A stretch of 63,654 nt of DNA, counting the filler, from Octopus bimaculoides (lineage: Eukaryota): NCBI RefSeq assembly GCF_001194135.2. It is 6 parts of 6 records of this genome, joined end to end, with 100 filler letters (N's around TTAATTAATTAA, not from the genome) between each part and the next. Parts side by side here need not be neighbours in the genome. Positions count along the whole stretch, not along the records: positions 1 to 30,273 come from NC_068983.1; 5 more parts are not named here. The stretch is one strand, 5' to 3'. The notes below the pieces were generated by a model. That model had not been told where the DNA came from and made no database searches. It saw only the letters and a list, made by a program, of their open reading frames with translations. Shown one piece after another: positions 1 through 12,970 of the stretch. How positions within the stretch are numbered: the stretch's first letter is position 1; each line of letters starts with the position of its first letter. The position numbers and the translations under genes were made by a program.

Positions 1-303
1 TGTAGGATCTCTAGGAATGATAAAAAAAGGGACTGAAACCTATTTGAAAATGATACCAGGTTTACCATCCCTACAGGAAGTGCAAAAAATCGTGTTAACT
101 GGAACGACTCATGCACTATGAAGAGCATTATCGCTGTGAATACAACATTTTTTTTTCTTAAATACATGTTCTACCTGTGAATTTGCGTGTGTAAATTGGG
201 AATGCATACAACGAGTTTCTCTGCCCTAGGTGTACGGAAAACACTCGGCGAGAAATGGAAGAAAATTTGAAGAAAGAAGAAAAAAAACAACATAATAATA
301 ATA
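1..303 (+). mobile_element. R4/Dong-clade RLE non-LTR retrotransposon 3' end (family A): C-terminus, 3' UTR and TAA tail
   Basis: 2-139 reads VGSLGMIKKGTETYLKMIPGLPSLQEVQKIVLTGTTHAL*RALSL*, the R4-type GxLG...QKIVL.GT.H end. The UTR matches 43241-43461 and ends in (TAA)n. Confidence 0.8.
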
Positions 304-631
304 GTAACAAATTTACAAGCACACAGAGGCACAAACAGACCAAAGTTGTCATTTATGTATATAGATTGCCGATAATTTATAGAAGAATTTAGAAATCGTT
401 TATTATAAAGGAATTTCTTTCACAAGCTGATGGAGAATGACGCGGCCTTATGAAAGGGCAATATTGTGTTAAGCGCATTTTAATCATGACTTTCAGTTCT
501 CGTACAAAGCCCTGAACGCAAAATTTACGTCCCATACGGTCTTCGTCCATTTGTTTCGTTTATAAATTACTTTTGAATAATCAGTATTTCTGAATTTCAG
601 ATTATCTATCATCAAATACACACATACACAT

Positions 632-634
632 GTA

Positions 635-685
<51 letters not shown>

Positions 686-690
686 ATATG
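632..690. repeat. (TG)n microsatellite
   Basis: Direct reading. Confidence 0.95.
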
Positions 691-957
691 AATTAAGATA
701 TACAACACATATATTTATGTGCTACTAATAACATCATGTGTTGAGAGATATCTCAAACATATTCATCAGCCACAAACCACATATAAGGAACTAAAAGTTG
801 AATGAGAGAAGAAACACGAAAAGTTGAGAAGGAAATATATAGAAAACCTGGAAAGTTAAAATAACGGAAAACGAAAAAGGAAAAATAAAAAAAAAGGTAA
901 ACAAGTCATTCTTCGTAGACCTTAAATTATATGGCTGGAAAGATATGAGCAAGTTAA

Positions 958-1990
958 TCAGGTATAGGCAGAATTTTCCAGTTCTTCAAAACATATTTCG
1001 ACTTGTGTTTCAGAGCTGGAGTTCGGTAATGAGTTAGTGATCTTATATCTGAAAAGGATCTGAGCTCTTTCAGTTACGCATAACTTACACTTATTTGCTC
1101 CATTAACATAAACGGTTGATTTTTCATTTATTATCCACTTAATCACATAGCAACTAAGTTGGCTAGCCACATACGTTAGATTTCACACTCCATATGTGGC
1201 TAGCCAACTTAGTAGCCTTACTTTTGTACATATGTCGGAAGGAGGCTATGTGATTGGCATAGCGATTCTTAATTCCTCCTTCACATAATCCAATATAGGT
1301 CTTCTTATCTATTGTATTAACATCTAGCGTTGCAGTAATTTCTGCCTCATATATGACAGACTTAATCATTCATTGTTGGTCAAGTGGACAAGATCCTCGA
1401 TGCTGACAGTTACAACTAGATTTAAACTCTTGGTATTGACCTCGTGTAATGATACTTTTCATTTTGGGACAGCAGCCATATGATAATTTCACAGAACGTC
1501 TATTAAGTATTTTCCTTCATCTGTGAGTTACTGGAATGTGTATGTCTAGGAGAGACAGGAATCTTTTACCTAAGTCAGTTTTTATATAAAGTAAAAATGG
1601 ATGTGCGAACCAAATAATTTTCCTTGTCTTATTCTTAGGTCAATTATTATTATTATTCGGATTAATATTAGAGCTTTTATGTATTACTTTACCTTTGAAG
1701 CCACTATTGGCTAGGGCACTGTTATTAAAGTGGCTGCTTTCTTGAAAATTTCGTTAGAAGAAAGATAAGACACTGTGTTAACAATATTAGCTATCAGGTT
1801 TTTAAAATTTAGAAGACAGTTTACGTATATATGCGAATTTCTCATTAAGCTTATGGAACGGTTTATACGGAGTTCAAGTCTAGGCAAACGTCTAAAAAGT
1901 CAACTATAGACAGATTAGTAGCTACTGTAATTTAAAGGCCTAATTAACTGAAGGTAAAAATAAGTTGTTTCATAAATTTATCGACCTAGT
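958..1990 (-). mobile_element. Decayed Penelope-like element (Neptune/Nematis-like): RT motif 7, thumb, Cys linker, C-terminal GIY-YIG
   Basis: Minus frames give NLSIVDFLDV, ALANSGF, RKIIWF...DLGKRFLSLLD.H, CNCQHRGSCPL, VIYEA...TYIGLCEGGIKNRYANHIASF, KCKLC. Stops and frameshifts present. Confidence 0.85.
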
Positions 1991-2069
1991 TTTGACTTTC
2001 AGCGTAGTAATGACACAGTAGAACATGACGTCAGGTTCTACTAGTAGACAAGTTGGAGCCGAATCAAAT

Positions 2070-2393
2070 TTATTGAATTAAAATAACGGACTTTCGTGTT
2101 ATTGGTCTGATGACACCAACACCTGCATAAATACAGGCAACAGCAACGATAATGACAACAGCAACAATAAAAGTAGCAGCAACAACATTAACAACAACAA
2201 TTTTAACAGCGTAAACAACAAGATCGGAAGCATTATCAATAACAACAAGATCAATAAAGACAGCAAGATCAAAAACAACAACAATAACAACAGCAACAGT
2301 GAAAAGACAAAAGATTGTACTTATCGATGGCAACATTAATAAGAGCAACAAAAATTGTGGGGTAAACATCAACAAGCGCAACACTAACGACAT
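2070..2393. repeat. Cryptic (AAC/AGC)n low-complexity tract
   Basis: Direct reading; the ORFs called here are compositional. Confidence 0.8.
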
Positions 2394-2449
2394 AAAATAT
2401 CACGACAACTAAGTTTTTCGAGGGCTATCAGCTAGTGGAACACGCCTTC

Positions 2450-4665
2450 AGTGCAAAATTTGAAAGGCAAATTCTACCAGTTAAAAAATGGTATTGTAAT
2501 ACTAAGTGCCATGTCGCTTAGTGAGGAGGAAATTACTAACTCTGAGCGAACAATCATTGTGTACAAATGCATTTCTCCCAAGGAGAGGAAACTTCAATTT
2601 TTTATTCTGGCAGAAACTGAAAAATGCCTCTAAGATGTGTGATCCTCAGTGCTACACGTATATAAAGCAACTGATATACGCGCCGGTTCATTGAGTCTAC
2701 AAATCCGGAGAATCATGTGGAACTTGTAGAGTTGAAGCCTACCCAGCAACTCAACAGAATTGGAATTCTTATGGACTTCCAGATACTAGTCGCATTTCCG
2801 ATTTTTGTCTCTTTGGGTGAAAGCGAGCAGATATTGTTTACAGATTGAAAAATCTCAGATGTTACTTAGGTGGGCTTTACCACGTGGTGGAGAAGCATGA
2901 TGCTCTCTACTGTTATTATCAACTCCACACGAAAACGTACTTAATCAAACATTAAGTAAAGGTACTAAAATAAAGCACATCTGCCTTTTTCCTCTGACTC
3001 AGGCTTCACAAAAGCAAAGGCTTCCTTAGGAGATGAAGTCCGCTGAAAATTAGGCACGAAAAGCATCAACACGAACATCAACAGCGTCATCACAATAACA
3101 ACAAAACCAACTTTTACAAACAATTTCACTATCACAAACAAATAAAAAATCACGAAAACAAAAAGAGACACTCGACCAACAAGATTACCAACAGTCACAC
3201 GCTTGTGTACTTACTTCTTTTATCAACTTCACTGTTGTACAGAAAAGCAACATTAAATTAATTGAGGAAGTAACTAAGAAAGCAATAACAACATCAATAA
3301 CAAACAAAAACAAAATTATTCTCACAAGTAAGGAAGGTTTTTTTCTGAACACTTCCCGCCACAAACAACAGACAGATTGCTTATTGAGCCTTATACGAAT
3401 TTTTTTCTGAATTTAAAATGAACATCCTTCAGGACACTCACTCCATAAAAAAAAGCTTTAAACAGGAACCTTTCCTCACCCACACGCTCAGCCAAAAACA
3501 AAGCTGTTTTAACAGTCAACCACGAAGACGAAAGTAAATAACTTCATTTTCTTATCCCTAACCTAAATGGCTACACTAAAAGTAGGCTGTGTAAATGCTC
3601 GAGGCCTGGTTCAGTTTGGAAGCAGGGCCATTTGCTCGACGATCTCAGGTCGCTTGAAGTACATGTGGTTACCCTTAGTGAGAAGAGAATTTCCAGAAAG
3701 CATGCGTTACCATACTTTTTGAAGACTATGTGATACACCTCTTGTGGTCTGTCGTGAAAGGCGGCTCTTATGTTTCAATGTTTCGAAATCTTCTTGAATC
3801 CAGGACAGTAGGCTGATGGTCTTAGACAGAAGCGGTAGCGAAGATGGAACCTTTAAAGTGTTAGCCATCTATACCCCAAAAGAGGCTGGGAAACTAGAAT
3901 TTATCAGGGATCTAGAAACTTTCCTGGGAACGTCCCGCACATTAGATCTAGTGGGATAGCATTTTGGATGCAATGAAGAACAGTGCAGGGCTAGTATATA
4001 GTAGCCTCGAAAAGAAGCTCAAGAGCTTTCAGGTATCTGACAAGTATGGAGTGCATTTCTCTGATGTGCCTTGAGTTTCAGTCTTCCTCCTATCTCAGAC
4101 AAAGAAGTTTTGGTGCGATTTCAACGGCCCTTCATCTTCTAACGATGTATTTGCTTTTGTGAGGTTTAAGTCAGAGGAAGGAGGCGGATGTGTGTTAGTT
4201 TTGTATTCCCACCACAACGGGCTATCCAGATCGTATCTAGATAAAATGTCCTTAGGTCAGCAGATAGGGCTAATGTAGGTTGTCCACAAATCAAGTTAGT
4301 CGGCTCCTCAGACCACAAATTTTTTATGTGTACAGTCGTTATAGGAGGATTCGTGGACGGGTAGACAGGGATCTAGTCATAGGAAGTTGAATTCGTCTTT
4401 TCCGAGCGTGCAAAGGCTACAAGGCCCGAATTAATGAAATAGTTAAGCGGCATTTGACAGGGAAAATCGTCAACAACCGGTGATGAATGACTTTTTGCAA
4501 AGAGTTAGCGATAGAAAGAAATAGATTAGAGGTGGATCTAGTTTGCAAGCAAGAAGAAGCTATAAATAAAGGCAACGCGACCGACGTGCTAGTGGTGAGA
4601 ATGATCATTGACCATTTCTAGGAGGTGAAACACGGAAGTTGCGCTGTCAAATGTAAAGAAGAATA
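2450..4665 (+). mobile_element. Decayed L1/Tx1-like LINE, 5' half (ORF1 remnant plus ORF2 APE endonuclease)
   Basis: TAA then ATG at 3567 gives MATLKVGCVNARGL. Later frames give LLDDLRSLEVHVVTLSE, FKVLAIYTP...EFIRDLETFLGTSRTL, SRSYLD, SDHKF. Upstream YKSGESCGTC resembles an ORF1 knuckle. The linker matches 46880-47570. Confidence 0.72.
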
Positions 4666-4756
4666 TTGAATGAGCATGGAATTCAAATCAAGCTGTTTTG
4701 AATTTTACATATTATATATATATATACATACATACATATATATAAAATATGGATAA

Positions 4757-5065
4757 GAGTAGATAAAATCCAAGCTACATATGTTTCATAGCTAGTAGAA
4801 CATCGGAAATCGTAATTATCCAAACGAGGAGTAATCCGCTAGCTACTCTTCCGGTCAAAGATACCTTAATCAAAAGAAGTTTGCATTTTCGATCGAATCT
4901 GATGCGAGTCAACATGGGATCCCTTGAAAACAATGTAAGCTTCTTTTGATTAATGCATCTTTTGCCCGATGAGGAGCTAGCGTATTACCCCTTGTTTGGA
5001 TAAATGCTACCTACTCTCAAGTTCTGCTAGCTATGACACGTATGCAACATGGCTTTTGTCTACTC
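4757..5065. repeat. Inverted repeat: arms about 135 bp (4757-4890, 4926-5065) with degenerate HHR-like cores
   Basis: Arms align as reverse complements at roughly 70-75% by eye. Confidence 0.8.
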
Positions 5066-5489
5066 AGTTCCCTAATTTTGGGATTTTTATTCGTACACAG
5101 AGCAACCTCTGCTGCTAAACGTAAACTATAAAACAAATTTTTCAGCTCATAAAACTTCGAAAGTGGGGAAATGTACAAACCTCTACGTCAATAAACCATT
5201 GTTGTTCCTGAAATTTGTCTTTTATACCTTCTACGGGCTGCTCGAAGCTTACTATCTTCCTACACCTTGATCCTTAGATCTGACTATCAGGATATTTCAA
5301 CCTATTATAGGGATAGTTTTATCCAAGATACTCTGGTTTAATATATATTTTGAAGAGATATTTCTTCAATAAATATACTATAAAACATTACATATTAATA
5401 AGTTTAATATATATATATATATATATATANNNNNNNNNNGAGACAGAGAGAGGGAGGGAAAGAGAGAGATGGGCTTCTTTTCAGGTTCG

Positions 5490-5585
5490 TCCACAAATTC
5501 ACTCACAAGGCTTTTGTCAGCCCGTGGAAACACTTCTACTTGGAAGTCGTTGGGAAGCAAACTTCTTACCACACAGCCACGCCTA
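5490..5585 (-). mobile_element. tRNA/CORE-type SINE (family 1), internally deleted fragment
   Basis: Matches the other in-window copies, e.g. 61585-61953. Confidence 0.75.
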
Positions 5586-8500
5586 TAAATTTGTTTAAAA
5601 GCTCATTTGCTACTTTCCAGCTCTTATACCAATTCATGTTAGAATGTTAAGAGCGAATCTTACCATTCCTAACTCTAACACAAGTTGTTATAGTTACTCC
5701 CTTCTACAGATATTTCCTTCTTTCTCTTTACGAACTCGCACACTCTGTCACACACACATATATATATATGGTCTTAAATGTTTGTGTGCTTTCATTTTCA
5801 AATTAATGAATTATATTCGTCTTGTAATTACTTGTATTAACATTTTAATTATAAGAAGTGATAAAATACTTGTGGTATTCGACACACAGTCTCCCATTTG
5901 AGAAATGAAAACATTATTTAATTTTTAGTAAATATCTGAAAGATTTCGAATTAGGAAAAATAATTTTATCTCACTTTTATAGAAAATATTTTAAATATTT
6001 GGATGATCAATGTTGATTATGTAAATGTTGGCATTACGTGTAACTACAATAGAAAAACAAAGTTCATTTAAGAATCGATTTGTTATGTTCATATTTTGAG
6101 AATATTTACTTGAAGCAAATGCCGCTAAAACCAGAGCACAAACTGAAAATGGAAGCATAAATTCTTCCAAAGCTTTTAAGTGTTAACATTTTACTAAAGA
6201 AATGCGCAGCAATTTAGAAAGTGATAATCGTTTAAATCTTGCTGATAGAATTACAGTTATACTCTTTGAAGAATGCTCTTAATATAGAAAACTAAGTTTA
6301 TTAATAGCATGCATTTGAGGTCATATTGAACTATGCCTAATGGGAAGTCGAGAATATTATTTATAAAATAACAGAGTTAAATGCTGCCTTTGAAAGCTTG
6401 GTTGAAGTGATATCTCATCTCAGACGGAAAATATACTTTTAAATGAAATGATAATTAATAATTTAAAATTCATTCAATATGCATTGTATTCTCTCATTTG
6501 TCCTCCTTTAATTTGCACGCTTTGCTTTGATTAAAAGGTAAATGTAATAAGTGATCACTTGCAACCAATCCCTTTAATTAACATGCACATAGTCTATTAT
6601 TATTTGGTTGTAAATCCAACCAGCAGATGGGTTCTAACGCAAGTAGAGGTAACGAATATTTTATCAATTTTAAAGTGGTGCAATGTTTACAGATATGAAA
6701 CGTCTCAGCAAGAGATACTTAGCTATAACTAAATGGAGTTTGTCGTAGTTAATTAAATTCCTTTACATTTAACTAGCCTTGGCTCCGGAAACACTGTACC
6801 CATGCTATATATGGATATGAACTGCAACCTCAATATTGATCCTTCAAACGTACAGCTATTTTTCTGTATATTGTATAAAACTTACAGTCTGTAAAATGCA
6901 TAAGTAGTTTAACCCATACACATTGTGTTTCTCTCCATGTAAATATTGTAGTTTATTGGTTACCTAAATAATATAATTTGTATTAGATGTAAATATTTGA
7001 CATCGAAACTTTTCGAAAGTGTGAATAAATTTACAATACTATGACCAAATATAAGTGTATTGACTTAATTTAGCGAATTGTATAACAAAAGAAGAAATTA
7101 ATGATAAAAGATAAAAGTAATTGAAGATAGCTAATAATTAAATAAACATTATCAAGTAATCAATTTTGTAGAATTAATGATCAATTATAGTTTGCTGATG
7201 GTAAAGATTAGTTTAATCGAAACACAAATAATTATGTGTCTCTGGAAACGATTTGCTGTCTATAGGATTTCCAATCGTGAATCAAGAAATATCTGTTTAT
7301 TTAGGTAGACGTTGCTCTACAGATCCCAAGTTTTCGTTATACACAATCAAAATAGACATAAAAAAAACATATATATTTAGTTTCTACTGTATGATAAATG
7401 TTATCTAGATTGAGATACAGATGAACATGATAAGTTGTTGTATTGCTTCCATTTGAGAAGAGACATATATAAACATTCTGCAAATATTTCGACGAGTGTA
7501 GAGATTATATGCAGAAATTAAGGGATTTATATTGGCTTCAAGGAAAGCTTCGAAAAGAGGGGTAATGCGCGTGGTAAATGGTTGTAACCAATAAAAAAAG
7601 GTGGAAATTAAAACAATCTCTCTTCAACCGAGTGTGCTTACAGCCTAACTAAATGTTTACAATTTTGTAAAATCGAGTAATTATTACTTCTATACAACGT
7701 TTTTAACTCTTTAAAATGTGAACTAAAACAGTCTTAGAATATACTGAGTTATATAAATGTCAACTATTTCGAAATAAATGCAGTTCACAAAAATTATTTA
7801 TTCTTTTATTAAGGATGAAGTGTAGCTAATTGCAATTTGATGTATTTATATAGCAATCTAATGAAACAAACGTGGATGTTACGATTAAAATTCGCAATTT
7901 AGCTCGCCTTCAAAGCAAAAGATGATTCATCTATACGAAATGAAACATATTTAAGAAAGTGTAATTTATAATTATCAAATGGAACATTAAAAAAATGAAA
8001 CACATGTGTGACATATTTATTAACCGAATCTCAGTTCTAAGTGAACAATTCTCCAGACGAAATTTGGTTTCACTCAATTATACAAATCCCTTTGATTTAG
8101 TTGGATTTTGAACGAGCATAACTTACAAGGTTATTTATTTCCTTTCCACACAGAGAGGAATGCATTAGATAGAGAAAGAAATGTTACCATGCATATAGTT
8201 TAGAGATTTATATAAATTGAATAACGTTTAAATATAAAATCTCTAAGGATAATTTTCCTTATTGTCAAATATTTTATTGTATTAGGATATATAATCTAAG
8301 TTGTACAGAAAATCAATATCCTCAAGAGGTAATTTTGATATACTTTCAGTTAAGTATGATTTACGATGTTGATCTATTTTGCATGGAGTTTATTTCAGTT
8401 AATTCAATTTAATTAATCTTATCTTTTATCTTCTAACAATATTAATTATTCTGAGAATTATACACATTTCTCATAAGAATCTTTAATTAGGCTTTCTTTA

Positions 8501-9244
8501 TCGGTAAAATTATGGCTGCAAAAAATAAAGCAATAAATTGAAACAATCTACGTATGCTTAGCACTCATATACACACACACCTACATGCACACATCTGCAC
8601 TTACACGTAGATATTAACTTGAATATATATGTGTGTATATCATGTACATGCACACAGACACAGCTATAGAAACACACACTCACTCACAGACACACGCTGA
8701 CTCCCCCCCCCATACACATACATATCAACTTGTAAACGAGGACATAGAGAACATGTAGCATATCTTATTTCACAAAGCTAAGTAGTGAATTACTTAATTT
8801 GTATGTATGCATGCATTTCAACTACTGCTAGAGGAACCACATTCAACATCTATTTAGTTCCTTTCCGTATGTTACTCATCAGTAGTGGCATCTGGTTCGT
8901 ATATGAGCTTAGCTTTATGCTTCTTTCAAACAAGAGAACTGATTTTTTTTTTGTTATCTAAGTATGATTTTGTTTACTAGGATAGAATTTAAAGTCAGGC
9001 AGTCGAGAATTTTGAAAATACAACTTAATCAAACTATTCATACATTTTTATGTAATCAGACGATTAAAGTTTTTAATTATTTCTCAGTGACTTCTAGGTC
9101 AATAGTTACTCTCTCTCTCTCCAGCTATTTTTATGGTACCTTTTGTGTTTTAGCGGCAGGTCAGCATTAATCGTGCAGATTAACAGTCAAAGACACATTT
9201 CATCTATAACCATCTTGTTTTGTCCTTAAGAGTATTTGATACAG

Positions 9245-9650
9245 CATGGAGTGGGATATGAATCTTGCTTCTCAACTACATGGTTCCAGGCTTAGTTCCA
9301 CTCTGTGGCACCTTGGGCAACTGCTTTCTACTATAGCTTCGGGTCAACCAACTCCTTGTGAGAAGATTTGGTAAGCGGAAACTGAAAGAAGCCCGTCGTA
9401 TATATATATACATGTGTGTGTATGTGTGTATGTGTGTATGTGTGTGACCTGTACCTCTGCTTGATAACTGGTGTGGGGGTGTTTAACTGTACGTAACTTA
9501 GCAGTTCGGCAAAAGAAATTATATGAATATGTGCCAGGCTATAAACAAATGAATCCCGGGGGTGATTTGTTCGACTAAAACCCTTCAAGGGGATACCCCA
9601 GCATGACCGCAGTTAAATGACTAAAAACCAGTAAAAGATAAAAGATAAAA
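9245..9650 (+). mobile_element. tRNA/CORE-type SINE (family 1), near full length
   Basis: Head, gcaccttgggcaa core, internal (TA/TG)n and ccagcatgaccgcagt...gtaaaaga tail. Confidence 0.85.
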
Positions 9651-10676
9651 ATCAGAGTAGATTTTCAAAAGTTCCTTCTTTTACTAGAAAACAAATTCTG
9701 ATTTTAGTGCAGTTTCTGATTTCGATCGAAGGTAATAAATACACTGGGTTTTTATTTTATTTTTTGATAATACTCTGAGAACTGATAAACAAGGCAATTC
9801 TCAGTCCTGATAACTGATAAACAGAAAAAATGGCTTCTATATTGACGATAATACATCTTGTTCACTTTAAGAGGGCATTCAGAGCTTCTCTACTGAGTCA
9901 TTGACGTACAGTTCAGAATTTAATATAGAAGACATAAAAGTAAATATTTCTACCGACCATAGACCTGAATTCTCTGAGAAATATCATTTAAGCAATGTGG
10001 CCTCGTTAGGAAGAAAGACGTATGAAGTCAATTACGTCTCTTCCCTTAATTTATAATATTTATGAAATTGAGATGAATTGTAAAACGGAGAATACATACG
10101 AGTACTGTTGAAAAAATAACGTAGAATGCTAGTAAGCACCAGCATGGCTAGAAATATAAGTCAAAACAATTCTTAGCTACGTAAGAGCACTTTTCTAACG
10201 ACTGACAAGGGAGACAAGTTCCCTTACCACTATAAAAATATAGAATGCAAATTGCTCTTACATCCAATTTTTTAAATTCTTCTCACATTTTATGAAACCT
10301 AAAAAAATAAGTTAATGTCAAAAATAAAATCATATTTAAAGAGGTATATTTCATAAGGCTACAAAAGATTGATATTGAACAAAATAAGAGCGTATTAGAG
10401 AGTTTGACTTCAAAAATAATGTTTAACGACTGTTTAGCTCATGTGAGATAACAGAATTAGTAGCTTTCCTATTCCTTTAGAATAGTTTTAAAGCAATTTT
10501 TCCCTATATGTAAGACATTACGTTGTGTTGTTCATAATTTTGACCTGTATAAATGGTTTGTTTATTTTTGATATTATTCTGAACTGCTGATGGCTTCTGA
10601 GAAGTACAATGAATCTGTTAGGCAAGCAACAACATTGAAACATTATGTGTAAATATGCACACTCATTCACACGCAT

Positions 10677-10713
<37 letters not shown>

Positions 10714-10729
10714 AACATACACACAGACA

Positions 10730-10767
<38 letters not shown>

Positions 10768-11087
10768 NNNNNNNNNNNNNNNNNNNNNNNNNNNNNNNNN
10801 NNNNNNNNNNNNNNNNNNNNNNNNNNNNNNNNNNNNNNNNNNNNNNNNNNNNNNNNNNNNNNNNNNNNNNNNNNNNNNNNNNNNNNNNNNNNNNNNNNNN
10901 NNNNNNNNNNNNNNNNNNNNNNNNNNNNNNNNNNNNNNNNNNNNNNNNNNNNNNNNNNNNNNNNNNNNNNNNNNNNNNNNNNNNNNNNNNNNNNNNNNNN
11001 NNNNNNNNNNNNNNNNNNNNNNNNNNNNNNNNNNNNNNNNNNNNNNNNNATATATATATATATACATATAAATAGTTGGAATTTACA

Positions 11088-11722
11088 AAAATATCAAACG
11101 ACACAAAAAACGAAAATGGGTGTGTAAACAATAAACAGATGCATTAGTTTAACGCTCGGGAAGTGAGAAAGTATTTTACGTTGGACCCTACGCTCTTCAG
11201 CAGAAAGGAACACAGAAATAAACATAGATGTGTGCAGATTGAGAGAAAATAGAGTAAGAAAAACCAGAGTAAGTAAAAACGACAATAGGAAAAAGCAGAA
11301 AATAGAAAAAAAAAAAAAATTCAGAAAGTTCAAAAGGTTCAAACGTCGTTGAGCATTGGAGCAATTTCTCATCAAAGGAAGACTCCAGTGTAATCCATGT
11401 GTATGTCAGAGAGGTGCAGAAAAACTATGTGGAAGTCCGAAGTGCAGGAGTAAGAAGTCTAGGCGGTCCGAAGTGTAGGAGATTAGAAAATCCAGGTAGA
11501 ATAGTCCGAAGTGTAGGTGTAGAAAATCCAGAAAGAAGTCCGAAGTGTATGAGGTAGAGACAAAAGGAAACTGGTGCAACCACGTGAGCGTGCAATATAT
11601 AGTTGAAATTTACAAAAAACAAACAAGGCAAAAGACGAAGACGAGTATGTAAACAATAAACAGAACAGATGTATTAGTTTAACACTCTGGAAGTGAGAAA
11701 GTATTTTACATTTCGAGCCTAC
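11088..11722 (-). mobile_element. Retrozyme-like or PLE pseudo-LTR tandem: two direct repeats (11088-11190, 11597-11722), each with HHR remnants
   Basis: Composite minus-strand motif cttt CUG(c)UGAA gagc-gtag-gctc GAAAC GUA aaa. GUA triplets at 11177-11179 and 11707-11709. Confidence 0.6.
11434..11551. repeat. Minisatellite: gtccgaagtgtagg x4, period about 31-37 bp
   Basis: Direct reading. Confidence 0.85.
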
Positions 11723-11723
11723 A

Positions 11724-11761
<38 letters not shown>

Positions 11762-12084
11762 NNNNNNNNNNNNNNNNNNNNNNNNNNNNNNNNNNNNNNN
11801 NNNNNNNNNNNNNNNNNNNNNNNNNNNNNNNNNNNNNNNNNNNNNNNNNNNNNNNNNNNNNNNNNNNNNNNNNNNNNNNNNNNNNNNNNNNNNNNNNNNN
11901 NNNNNNNNNNNNNAATGTAAGGGAAAGATAAGGGGATTAAGAATATGGATAATTTTTTTTTTTTTAAATCTCAAATTTACCATGAAAAACTCCAGCTAAA
12001 TTTTTAGATAACACGATTTTCACTAAGAAACAATAAATCCATTTTTACAATCCATGTATACTAGTTTCGATGCATACGCACATA

Positions 12085-12970
12085 CAAGATCTGACCAATA
12101 AGTATCGGACTGTTGGCATAGTAACGACGTTAAAGCACGCAGAGTAAAGCCACTTCGGACAGATTGATCTTGAATTCTGCTGTGCATGCGCACTAAGTTT
12201 TAACGTCCTTGCTCACTTTCGCTTTTTACAGCAGTGCTTGAAGGAAGGTTTGCAGTGTGTGATCGTTGCAATGAACACGATAGAGAAAGTGGTCATGGCA
12301 TAACTGCTCAGAGACTTATGCAACTTTGCAGAAAGTATATGGACAGGGGTGTATGAGCCGCACACAAGTGTACGAGTGGCTTAAACGTTTCCAAGATGCC
12401 CCAACAATTTTCGATTTTTACGAACGTTCTGGAGACCCGAAACCAACATAAGTGAGAAAAACATCGCAGATGTGCGTGTATCTATTAGGGGAAATCAGCG
12501 AATCACAATCCATGAGTTATCAGCGGATGTGCAGACTAGTAACAGTTCAGTTCATACCATTATCACTGAAGATTTGGGTACGAGATGCGTGTCTGCCAAG
12601 TTTGTGCCCAAGCTGCTTTCAGCTGACCAAAGAGACACTCTGGTTTCAGCTGGAAAAGATCTCTTTCATTGTGTCCAGAACGATGAAAACTTTTTGAAAA
12701 CTTTGCGTAGGGCTTTGAGCAGGTACCGCCAAGCTTTTGGCAAAATTTGATGTACATTCTCTACTCAACTTTCTCTGTCATTGTCAATGCGACGATCACA
12801 CGCTACACACCTTCCTTTCAAACACTGCTGTAAGCAACGGAAATGATCTAGAAATTTAGTGCACATGAACTACAGAGTTCAAGGTGAATATTTGCCTAGC
12901 AGCTTTGCTCTGCGAGCTTTAGCTTCATTACTATAGCAACAGTCCGGAAACATATTGATCAGACCACTTG
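12085..12970 (+). mobile_element. Internally deleted mariner with TIRs and TA target duplication
   Basis: TIRs of about 42 bp flanked by TA (12083-84, 12971-72). Frames read QVYEWLKRF and RITIHEL...SAKFVPKLL. No DD34D domain. Confidence 0.9.

Noticed and set aside
735-800. CUGAUGA plus hairpin on the minus strand, 3' of the first PLE
   Set aside because: No GAAA/GUH half; at best a heavily decayed HHR.
11434-11551. CRISPR-like look of a 14-bp repeat with variable spacers
   Set aside because: Repeat too short, spacers related to each other, eukaryotic context, no cas genes.
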